From contig JBQTJP010000248.1 of assembly GCA_052386995.1 (NCBI GenBank), forward strand, positions 1 through 10,040: 10,040 nucleotides of DNA, given 5' to 3'. Position 1 is the stretch's first letter, and every line of letters begins with the position of its first letter. The stretch comes from Armatimonadota bacterium. GTDB taxonomy: Bacteria > Sysuimicrobiota > Sysuimicrobiia > Sysuimicrobiales > Humicultoraceae. A program made the position numbers and the translations under genes. The notes beneath the pieces were generated by a model. That model worked only from the letters and a program-made list of their open reading frames with translations, searched no databases and was not told the origin of the DNA. Of this stretch, positions 1-6,747 are shown piece by piece.

Positions 1-7
1 GGTCGCA

Positions 8-32
8 AGGAGAACGCCGCCCCAGCGGGAAT
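8..32 (+). promoter_or_regulatory. Putative sigma-H-like promoter (AGGA-N17-GAAT) of the FAH-family gene
   Basis: AGGA at 8-11, 17-nt spacer, GAAT at 29-32, 33 nt before the ATG at 66. The same motif recurs upstream of seven other gene starts. Confidence 0.6.
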
Positions 33-65
33 CTCTCGCAGCGATTTCCGCGCGGAGGTTGGAGC

Positions 66-1013
66 ATGCGATTCGTGACCGTGCAGGCCGGGCGGCAGGC
101 CCGGCTCGGTATCCTCGATGGTGAGCACGTGTTCCTGTACGCGCCGCTGGCCGAACGGCTGGCGCAGTCTCGCAGGCGCCCCCGCGGGACGTCGGGGCGC
201 GGGCGGCGCGCGCCGGCGGGGGAGATTCCCGACGACCTCCTGTCGTTCATCGAGCGTGGCTCCCTCGCGTCGGCCCGCGCGGCCGTCAATCTGGGTCGTC
301 GCCTGCTCGGGACCAAACAGGCACGCGGCGTGGTCATTCCGGCGCCCCGGGTGCGTTTGTTGGCGCCGATCCCGCGACCCCGGAAGAACATCTTCTGCAT
401 GGGCCGCAACTACGCCGAGCACGCCAAGGAGAGCGGGAGCGCTGTACCGACGGTGCCGGTGTTCTTCACCAAGCCGCCGACCTGCGTGGTGGGACCCGAT
501 GCGCCGGTGGTGCATCACACCGTGACCCGCGCACTCGACTACGAGGTCGAGCTCGCGGTGATCTTCGGCAAGCGCGGCCGGGACATTCCTGTCGAGCGCG
601 CGCTCGACTACGTCTTCGGCTATACGATCATGAACGACATCACGGCGCGCGACCTGCAGCGGCGGCACGAGCAGTGGTTCAAGGGCAAGTCGCTCGACAC
701 ATTTGCGCCGCTGGGGCCGGCGGTCATCCATCGCTCGGCCGTCCCCGATCCACAGAACCTGCGGCTTCGCATGACGGTCAACGGTGAGGTCCGGCAGGAC
801 GCCTCGACCCGGAGCATGGTGTTTACCGTCAAGCAGCTCATCGAGGTGCTGTCGGCCGGCATGACGATCGAGCCGGGGGATATCCTCGCAACCGGCACGC
901 CCGAGGGGGTCGCGATGGGCCGGACCCCGCCGCCGTGGCTGCGTCACGGAGACGTGGTCGAAGCCTCGATCGACGGCATCGGAGTCCTGCGCAACCAGAT
1001 CGTCGCCCCGTAG
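66..1013 (+). CDS. Fumarylacetoacetate hydrolase (FAH) superfamily protein, FAHD2/HpcE-like
   Basis: Family motifs GRNYAEH, FTKP, DYEVEL, MNDITARDLQ, WFKGKSLDTFAPLGP and GDILATGTPEGV. GGAGG SD at 54-58. Substrate cannot be determined. Confidence 0.93.
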   Translation: MRFVTVQAGRQARLGILDGEHVFLYAPLAERLAQSRRRPRGTSGRGRRAPAGEIPDDLLSFIERGSLASARAAVNLGRRLLGTKQARGVVIPAPRVRLLAPIPRPRKNIFCMGRNYAEHAKESGSAVPTVPVFFTKPPTCVVGPDAPVVHHTVTRALDYEVELAVIFGKRGRDIPVERALDYVFGYTIMNDITARDLQRRHEQWFKGKSLDTFAPLGPAVIHRSAVPDPQNLRLRMTVNGEVRQDASTRSMVFTVKQLIEVLSAGMTIEPGDILATGTPEGVAMGRTPPPWLRHGDVVEASIDGIGVLRNQIVAP

Positions 1014-1048
1014 CGCGATCGGTCGCTAGGGCACCGTGTGGGACGCGA

Positions 1049-1531
1049 TCAGCGGATGCTTGGGCCCGGGGGAGGCGACGGCCTCGGTCCTAAGCTTGGG
1101 ACATCTTCCGCAACCCCGACGCGCTCTTCGAACACCAGCACCCCGCCCAACCATACTGAGATCGCCAGGCCGACGATGCCCACCAACGACAGGAGGTAGG
1201 CGAGGGGTGCCTCCGGGTTGCGCCTGCGCAGGAGGAAATCGATGAAAAACAGCACGGTGACGCCCAGGTTGAGATACATGTGGGTCGTGGCCATCTGCTT
1301 TGCGCGCGGCGACATCAGCGCCGACGAGTAATCCAGGTACCCGAAGATCGCCGCCACCACCGAGGCGACCAGACCGAATCCGATGAGCGTGGAAGCCACA
1401 CGCGTCCAGTAGTCACGTGTCGTGAAGAAAAAGATGACATCCGCCACCACAGAGCCGGCAAAGAACGCTATGGGAAACGGAACGAGGATGGGATGAATGG
1501 GGTGCTTGAAGAATGTGGCTTTCCCCTGCAC
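1049..1531 (-). CDS. DUF2231-like four-TM membrane protein (160 aa)
   Basis: GTG start at 1531 after AAGGAGG (complement of 1538-1544). N-terminal HPIHPILVPFPIA, then AAIFGYLDY, ATTHMYLN and WLGGVLVFEERVGV, with four hydrophobic segments. The ORF-track extension to 1720 crosses the promoter region and is unlikely. Confidence 0.85.
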   Translation of the reverse strand: MQGKATFFKHPIHPILVPFPIAFFAGSVVADVIFFFTTRDYWTRVASTLIGFGLVASVVAAIFGYLDYSSALMSPRAKQMATTHMYLNLGVTVLFFIDFLLRRRNPEAPLAYLLSLVGIVGLAISVWLGGVLVFEERVGVAEDVPSLGPRPSPPPGPSIR

Positions 1532-1571
1532 GGGCTTCCTCCTTCCCCGAATGAGAGCACGTGGCGCTCTG

Positions 1572-1596
1572 CTTCTTGCTAGACGGAGGATTTCCT
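1572..1596 (-). promoter_or_regulatory. Putative sigma-H-like promoter (AGGA-N17-GAAG) of the DUF2231 gene
   Basis: Minus strand reads AGGA aatcctccgtctagcaa GAAG, 40 nt before the GTG start. Confidence 0.55.
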
Positions 1597-1660
1597 GTGA
1601 GGAGCGGCTTGGCGGCGTTCGCCGGGCGCCCGAGGGAACGTACGTGCGCCGTGATACGTC

Positions 1661-1683
1661 TGTACACGTGGTATATGTGTACA
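1661..1683. promoter_or_regulatory. Palindromic candidate transcription-factor operator TGTACAC-N9-GTGTACA
   Basis: Perfect 7-bp inverted repeat (8 of 9 bp if extended inward), AT-rich against a GC-rich background, in the divergent intergenic region and 1 nt from the AGGA element at 1685. Confidence 0.65.
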
Positions 1684-1684
1684 A

Positions 1685-1709
1685 AGGATCGGTGCGTTCG
1701 GGGGCGAAT
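1685..1709 (+). promoter_or_regulatory. Putative sigma-H-like promoter (AGGA-N17-GAAT) of the cupredoxin pair
   Basis: AGGA tcggtgcgttcgggggc GAAT, 43 nt before the ATG at 1753. Confidence 0.6.
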
Positions 1710-1752
1710 CCAAGGGACACATCTGAGAGTCCACATCGCGGGAGGGGACGAT

Positions 1753-2181
1753 ATGCGACACCGGTCGGTGCTTGTGGGTTTGCTGCTCGTCGTGATCACG
1801 CTCGGGATGGCCACGCGAGTGCCCGCGCAGTCGCAGGTACGCCGGGTGATCGAGGTCACCCTGTCGGAGTTCAAGTTCGAGCCGAACCAGATCACCTTCA
1901 ATGAGGGTGAGACGGTCGTCATCAGGCTGCGGAACGCCGGCCCCCGCTTCCCGCACAACATCGCCTCGCGCTACTGGAACAACATTCCCCTGACGGTCCG
2001 GGGCGACGCTCGGCAGGCGGTCGAGGAGGAGCGCAAGTTGGTGCAACTTGACGCCGGGAAATCGGCCGAGGTCGAGTTCGTTGCGCAGGGACGCGGCTCT
2101 GCCGCGATCATCTGCAGCGTCTTCATCCACGCCACCGTCGGCATGACCGGCGCGTTCTTCATCGCACCGGCGCCGCGGTAA
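1753..2181 (+). CDS. Secreted cupredoxin-domain protein with canonical type-1 copper ligands (142 aa)
   Basis: GGAGG at 1741-1745 and ATG at 1753. Sec-type signal peptide ending VPA|Q. Cupredoxin signature F.F.P..I....GETV...L.N.G...HN and C-terminal CSVFIHATVGM (H68, C121, H126, M131). Confidence 0.88.
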   Translation: MRHRSVLVGLLLVVITLGMATRVPAQSQVRRVIEVTLSEFKFEPNQITFNEGETVVIRLRNAGPRFPHNIASRYWNNIPLTVRGDARQAVEEERKLVQLDAGKSAEVEFVAQGRGSAAIICSVFIHATVGMTGAFFIAPAPR

Positions 2182-2214
2182 GATACTTCAGGGTAGATTG
2201 ACGGAGGCAGCGTC

Positions 2215-2646
2215 ATGCGATATCGACCGCTCGCAATTGGCGTGCTCCTCGTCGCGATCACGTTGGGGATGGCGCAGGCGGTGCCGGCGCAGGCGCCGGC
2301 GCGGCGAATGATCGAGGTCACGATGTCCGAGTACAAGTACGAGCCGAACCAGATCCGATTCAACGAAGGCGACACGGTCGTCCTCAAACTGACGAACGCC
2401 GGGCCGCGCATGGTGCACAACCTGTCCTCGCGTTTCTGGCTGGAGATCAATCTGACCGTCCGCGGAGACGGGCGGCAGGGGATCAGTGAAGATCGCAAAT
2501 GGATCGCTCTCGACCCCGGGAAGTCCGCCGAGATCGAGTTCGTCGCGAAGGGGCGTGGATCGTTTGCGATCCTGTGCAGCATCTTCGACCACGCGTCGCG
2601 TGGACACACGGGCGCGTTCTTCGTGCAGGCGGCAGGATCACCGTAG
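2215..2646 (+). CDS. Secreted cupredoxin-domain protein, tandem paralogue with His at the axial position (143 aa)
   Basis: GGAGG SD at 2203-2207 and a signal peptide. Aligns without gaps to the previous protein (about 90/142 identical by manual count). Ligand loop CSIFDHASRGH (H68, C121, H126, H131). Confidence 0.9.
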   Translation: MRYRPLAIGVLLVAITLGMAQAVPAQAPARRMIEVTMSEYKYEPNQIRFNEGDTVVLKLTNAGPRMVHNLSSRFWLEINLTVRGDGRQGISEDRKWIALDPGKSAEIEFVAKGRGSFAILCSIFDHASRGHTGAFFVQAAGSP

Positions 2647-2669
2647 CACAGGCGTAACGTCGAGACACA

Positions 2670-2697
2670 GCGAGGGCGGCCGAACGGCCGCCCTCGC
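2670..2697. terminator. Perfect GC-rich hairpin between convergent genes, probable bidirectional terminator
   Basis: GCGAGGGCGGCC-GAAC-GGCCGCCCTCGC forms a 12-bp stem. There is no U-tract on either strand. Confidence 0.6.
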
Positions 2698-2731
2698 GCG
2701 CGTCTGAGTCCCGGGAGAAGCCCCCCGCGGT

Positions 2732-3133
2732 CTATCCGCCCAGATCGCTCGCGTACGTTACCAGGAGTGGCCGTTCGCGGCTGGCCGATCCGGTGGCGAG
2801 CGACCGCTTTCCCAATACAATCCCGAACTGCATTTCACGGACGTTGGTGAGGACGCGGAAGATCGACGCGGCGGCAAACTCGGCTTCGACCCGCAGCAGA
2901 TCCCGCGTATGGTCGCGCGGGTTGGCGGGCTTGAACGTCGCGGACTCCCACACGATCTCCAGCCGCCGGCCGTCGTTGGTGATGCGGCTCGAACGCACCT
3001 GGCCTTTGCCGAGGATGTTCTCCGCGAGGTTCTTCGCGATCGTGGCGGTCGTAGCAGCGTCCTGCGCGCCTGCCGCGGGCACCAGAGTCAGCGTCACGAG
3101 CACCGCGCCCACGATGGCTATCGCGCTACGCAT
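2732..3133 (-). CDS. Hypothetical secreted protein (133 aa)
   Basis: ATG at 3133 preceded by GAAGGAG. Clear signal peptide MRSAIAIVGAVLVTLTLVPAAGA|Q. The mature part looks like a small alpha/beta domain with no recognised family. Confidence 0.75.
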   Translation of the reverse strand: MRSAIAIVGAVLVTLTLVPAAGAQDAATTATIAKNLAENILGKGQVRSSRITNDGRRLEIVWESATFKPANPRDHTRDLLRVEAEFAAASIFRVLTNVREMQFGIVLGKRSLATGSASRERPLLVTYASDLGG

Positions 3134-3141
3134 GCACGCTC

Positions 3142-3166
3142 CTTCGAGAAGCCGCGGGCGCCTCCT
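3142..3166 (-). promoter_or_regulatory. Putative sigma-H-like promoter (AGGA-N17-GAAG) of the secreted hypothetical gene
   Basis: Minus strand reads gcAGGA ggcgcccgcggcttctc GAAG, only 8 nt before the ATG. The GAAG overlaps the SD-like GAAGGAG. Confidence 0.45.
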
Positions 3167-3193
3167 GCCGCCGCGCGTAAAGAGCCCGGCGGG

Positions 3194-3218
3194 AGGGAAC
3201 TGCGGGGTGGTGCCGTAG
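3194..3218 (+). promoter_or_regulatory. Putative degenerate sigma-H-like promoter (AGGG-N17-GTAG) of the ABC operon
   Basis: AGGG aactgcggggtggtgcc GTAG, 48 nt before the GTG at 3267. This is the weakest match of the set. Confidence 0.35.
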
Positions 3219-3266
3219 TGTTCTTCCAATCTTCGGCTTCACGAAATCGCATAAGGGGGGAGTCGG

Positions 3267-4868
3267 GTGAGCAGACGTATCCTTCGGGCCAGCATCGGCC
3301 TGGTGCTGGTGGCCGCGATGTTCTCGTTCCAGGATGGGCCGGTCACCGCGCAGGCGGTGCCCAGGCAGTTGCGCATAGCGGTCGGCATCGACGCCGACAC
3401 GCTGGATCCCGCTCAGCAGACGACTACGACCGTCGCGAACATGGCCGACTACTTCTTCGAGACACTGGTCGATTACGACGCGACCAAGAATGAGTTTGTG
3501 CCGCGCCTGGCGACGCGATGGCAGATCTCTCGCGACGGCCTGACCTACACGTTCACGCTCCGCCGGGGCGTCACGTTCCACGACGGGACTCCGCTGAACG
3601 CCGCGGCCGTGAAGGTGACCCTGGAGAGGCTGCTCGATCCCCGAATCCGCGTGGGGATCAGGTTCTTCTATACGCCGATAAACACCGTCGACGCCGTCGA
3701 CGACGCGACCGTGCGAATCACGCTGAAGCAACCGTCGCCCTCATTCCTGGGGGGCCTCTCGACGACGCAGGCGGCCATCGTCTCCCCGGCGGCCGTCGCC
3801 CGAGCCGGCGACCGGTGGACCGCCGCGCCGACAGGAGGCGGGACAGGTCCGTATGCCTTCAAGGAGTGGCGTCGCGGGGATTCCATCCTGGCCGAGCGCA
3901 ACAACAACTACTGGGGGAAGAAGGGACAGTTCGATGAAGTCCTGTTCCGCGTTGTGCCGGACGCGGGCACACGGCTGGCGCAGGTCCTGGCCGGTGACGT
4001 CCACATGGCCATGCTGCCGCCCGCGCCGGACGTCAAGGGCCTCCGGAAGAATCCCCGCGTCACCGTCGTCGAGGCGCCGAGCGACCGCGTCATCTTCCTG
4101 ATCATGAACACCCAGTGGGGCCCATTCAAGGATCCGCGGGTGCGCCAGGCCATGAACTATGCCGTCAACAAAAAGGCTCTGTTGGCCAGCATCCTGTTTG
4201 ATCTGGGCACGCCGGTCGACTCGCCGTGTCCGTCAATGATGTTCGGATACCACAAGGTCCAGGAGGGCGGGTATCCCTTCAATCCCATCAAGGCCAAGCA
4301 GCTCCTGGCCGAAGCGGGATTCAAGGACGGGTTCGAGGTCAACTTCCTCGCCCCCACGGGCCGGTACATTCAGGATTTCCAGTTCGCTCAGGGCGTGGCC
4401 GCCCAGCTGCGCAACGTCAACGTCCGGGTCAATCTCAGCACGATGGACTGGCCGACCTACGTCGGGACGATCACCCAGCCGGTCGATCGCACGCGTGTCC
4501 AGATGATCGTGCTCGGATGGGCGTGGCCCGTGCTCGACTGCGACGGCGTGCTCTACGGGCAATTTCATTCCTCTCAGGCACCGCCCGGCGGACTGGCGCC
4601 GTCGTTCTATAAGAACCCGAAGGTCGATGATCTGCTGACGCAGGCACGGTCGGAGATCAGTCCCGACAGGCGCAAGACCATCTACAAGGAGGCCCAGACG
4701 CTGGTCTGGAACGACGCGCCGTGGGTCTTCCTCTGGAGCCAGAAGTGGTACGTGGTGACCGTGAAGAATCTGGAAAGCGTGGTCATCAATCCCATCGAGA
4801 AGTGGGACGCGACGTGCGGAGCAAATGCCGAGCCACGAAACTCACCTCACTGCGCTACGTGGAAGTAG
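3267..4868 (+). CDS. ABC transporter substrate-binding protein, family 5 (DppA/OppA/GsiB-like)
   Basis: Signal peptide without a lipobox. Motifs TLDP, FETLV, LATRWQISRDGLTYTFTLRRGVTFHDGTPLNA, GTGPY and DPRVRQAMNYAVN. G-rich SD before the GTG. Confidence 0.95.
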   Translation: MSRRILRASIGLVLVAAMFSFQDGPVTAQAVPRQLRIAVGIDADTLDPAQQTTTTVANMADYFFETLVDYDATKNEFVPRLATRWQISRDGLTYTFTLRRGVTFHDGTPLNAAAVKVTLERLLDPRIRVGIRFFYTPINTVDAVDDATVRITLKQPSPSFLGGLSTTQAAIVSPAAVARAGDRWTAAPTGGGTGPYAFKEWRRGDSILAERNNNYWGKKGQFDEVLFRVVPDAGTRLAQVLAGDVHMAMLPPAPDVKGLRKNPRVTVVEAPSDRVIFLIMNTQWGPFKDPRVRQAMNYAVNKKALLASILFDLGTPVDSPCPSMMFGYHKVQEGGYPFNPIKAKQLLAEAGFKDGFEVNFLAPTGRYIQDFQFAQGVAAQLRNVNVRVNLSTMDWPTYVGTITQPVDRTRVQMIVLGWAWPVLDCDGVLYGQFHSSQAPPGGLAPSFYKNPKVDDLLTQARSEISPDRRKTIYKEAQTLVWNDAPWVFLWSQKWYVVTVKNLESVVINPIEKWDATCGANAEPRNSPHCATWK

Positions 4869-4884
4869 CTAGTCCGTCACGGTC

Positions 4885-4916
4885 GGGGGTCGCGGCCGCG
4901 CGCGGCTGCGACCCCC
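4885..4916 (+). terminator. Strong intercistronic hairpin after the binding-protein gene (mRNA stabiliser or partial terminator)
   Basis: GGGGGTCGCGGCCGCG / CGCGGCTGCGACCCCC is a near-perfect inverted repeat with one G-U pair. This position is typical in ABC importer operons. Confidence 0.6.
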
Positions 4917-4942
4917 TCAACTGCGCGCGCGGGATACGTTGA

Positions 4943-5872
4943 ATGTCTGCCCTCGGCCTTTACGTGGTGCGCCGCCTGGGGCTCATGATCCCCACGCTAC
5001 TGGGCGTCACGCTGATCGTCTTCTTTCTCGTGCGGCTGATACCAGGCGATCCGGCCAGACTGATCGCCGGCATCCTGGCGTCCGAGGACGAGGTCGCCCG
5101 GCTGCGGGTCGAACTCGGCCTGACCAGGCCGATCCATGTCCAGTACGGCATCTTCCTGCGGCGCCTGGCGCGGGGGGACCTGGGCGCATCCGCGGTCACG
5201 CGCACGCCGGTCGCCGAAGAGATTTCGAGCCGCCTGCGGGCCACGGTGCTGCTCGCCATCTCCAGCATTGTGCTGGCCGCTGTCATCGGGATGACGGCCG
5301 GCATCGTGTCGGCAACGCGGCAATACTCCGCGCTGGACTACGCCGTCATGGGCGTCGCGCTGTTCGGCGTCTCGATCCCGGTGTTCTGGCTCGGGCTCAT
5401 GCTCATGCTCCTCTTCTCGGTCTATCTGCACTGGCTGCCCGCGGGCGGCTACGGGACGCCGGCCCACGTCATCCTCCCGACGATTGCGCTGGCGGCAGTG
5501 TCGATCGCCATTATCGCCCGAATGACGCGCAGCAGCCTGCTGGAAACATTCAACCAGGACTATATCCGCACGGCGCGCGCGAAGGGCGCAGGGGACCAGG
5601 CGGTGACGCTGCATCATGCGCTGAAGAACGCGCTCATTCCCGTGATCACGGTCATCGGGCTGCAGTTTGGCGCGCTGCTGGGCGGCGCCATTCTCACGGA
5701 GACCGTCTTTGCCTGGCCGGGCATCGGCCGGCTGCTGGTCAACTCGGTCTCGAGCCGAGATTATCCTGTGATTCAGGGCGTTGTCCTGATGTTTGCCGGG
5801 CTGTTCGCGCTGGTCAACCTGGCCGTCGACCTGCTCTACGCCTATGTCGACCCGCGTATCCACTACGGTTAG
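4943..5872 (+). CDS. ABC transporter permease, DppB/GsiC/NikB-like
   Basis: YVVRRL...PTLLGVTLIVF..VRLIPGDPA, SIPVFWLG, EAA loop DYIRTARAKG...HALKNALIP, ETVFAWPGIG and C-terminal DLLYAYVDPRI. Confidence 0.95.
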   Translation: MSALGLYVVRRLGLMIPTLLGVTLIVFFLVRLIPGDPARLIAGILASEDEVARLRVELGLTRPIHVQYGIFLRRLARGDLGASAVTRTPVAEEISSRLRATVLLAISSIVLAAVIGMTAGIVSATRQYSALDYAVMGVALFGVSIPVFWLGLMLMLLFSVYLHWLPAGGYGTPAHVILPTIALAAVSIAIIARMTRSSLLETFNQDYIRTARAKGAGDQAVTLHHALKNALIPVITVIGLQFGALLGGAILTETVFAWPGIGRLLVNSVSSRDYPVIQGVVLMFAGLFALVNLAVDLLYAYVDPRIHYG

Positions 5873-6734
5873 GTGGGCATCCGAGGTCGAGGTCCGCGCC
5901 AGGCCCGGCGTCTGGCGCCGGCTGGCCCGTCACCGGACGGCCGTGGTCGGACTGGTCGTGATCGCGTTGCTGGTGCTCGCGGCGCTGTTGGCGCCATGGC
6001 TGTTCTCAGAGGACCCCGGCGAGGCGTATTTCGAGCGCGTGCTGCAGCCCCCGTCACCCGCACACATCCTGGGCACGGACCAGCTCGGCCGGGATCTGTT
6101 CACCCGCGTGGTCTACGGGGCGCGTGTCTCATTCCTGATCGGCATCCTGGCGGTCGGGTTCAGCGCGGCCCTGGGGGTACCGGTGGGCCTGATCTCCGGA
6201 TACTACGGCGGAGGGATTGACATCGCGGTGCAGCGGCTGGTGGATCTGATGCTGGCCTTCCCGGGATTCCTGCTCGCCCTGACCCTGATCGCGGTGTTGG
6301 GCGTAGGAATCCCGAATGTCGTCGTGGCGATCGGCCTGGCCACGGCCCCGGTGTATGCGCGTCTCGTGCGGGGTGTTGCGCTCTCTATCAGGGCGCAGAC
6401 GTACGTGGAGGCCGCCCACGCGCTGGGCGCCTCCGCGGGCCGGATCATCGTGCGCCACGTCCTCCCCAACTCCCTGGCGCCGCTCATCGTCCAATCGTCC
6501 CTGCAGTTGGGCACAGCTATCGTGACTGCCGCGGGGCTGGGATTCCTCGGGCTGGGCGTCAAACCGCCCACCCCGGAATGGGGGACGATGCTGGCGGATG
6601 GCCAGACCTATCTCTTCTCGTCATGGTATATCGCCACGTTTCCCGGCATCGCGATCTTCCTCGCCGTGTTGGCCTTCAACCTGCTGGGGGACGGGCTCCG
6701 TGATGCGCTCGATCCGCGCATGAAACTGGGCTGA
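5844..6734 (+). CDS. ABC transporter permease, DppC/GsiD/NikC-like (start uncertain)
   Basis: WRRLARHRTAVVGL, HILGTDQLGRDLFTRVVYGAR, EAA loop YVEAAHALGA...RHVLPN, PPTPEWG and FNLLGDGLRDALDPR. In-frame start candidates are TTG 5793, ATG 5844 (overlapping the upstream gene) and GTG 5943. Confidence 0.9.
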   Translation: MSTRVSTTVRWASEVEVRARPGVWRRLARHRTAVVGLVVIALLVLAALLAPWLFSEDPGEAYFERVLQPPSPAHILGTDQLGRDLFTRVVYGARVSFLIGILAVGFSAALGVPVGLISGYYGGGIDIAVQRLVDLMLAFPGFLLALTLIAVLGVGIPNVVVAIGLATAPVYARLVRGVALSIRAQTYVEAAHALGASAGRIIVRHVLPNSLAPLIVQSSLQLGTAIVTAAGLGFLGLGVKPPTPEWGTMLADGQTYLFSSWYIATFPGIAIFLAVLAFNLLGDGLRDALDPRMKLG

Positions 6735-6747
6735 TGGCAGGCAACGG

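Noticed and set aside
25..51. Hairpin GCGGGAATC / GATTTCCGC before the FAH gene as a regulatory RNA
   Set aside because: The left arm overlaps the putative -10 block (GAAT at 29-32), so it would probably not be transcribed. The stem is short and has no riboswitch features.
1532..1752. Long N-terminal extensions in the ORF track (1561 + and 1720 -)
   Set aside because: They overlap each other across the promoter region. Strong SD sequences and family or signal-peptide starts support 1753 and 1531.
3161..3223. Two tandem hairpins upstream of the ABC operon as a possible riboswitch
   Set aside because: They match no aptamer I know and coincide with the two divergent promoter motifs, so they probably lie upstream of the transcription starts.
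4939..5961. Long overlapping or antisense ORFs (for example 4939..5961 +, 4997..5863 -, 7923..9044 -, 9002..9670 +, 9583..10023 -)
   Set aside because: These are Arg/Pro/Gly-rich shadow frames expected in high-GC DNA. They overlap well-supported genes and show no recognisable motifs.
3267..6734. Naming the ABC system gsiBCD, dppABC or nikABC
   Set aside because: The family is clear, but the substrate cannot be determined from sequence by eye, so gene symbols were left empty.
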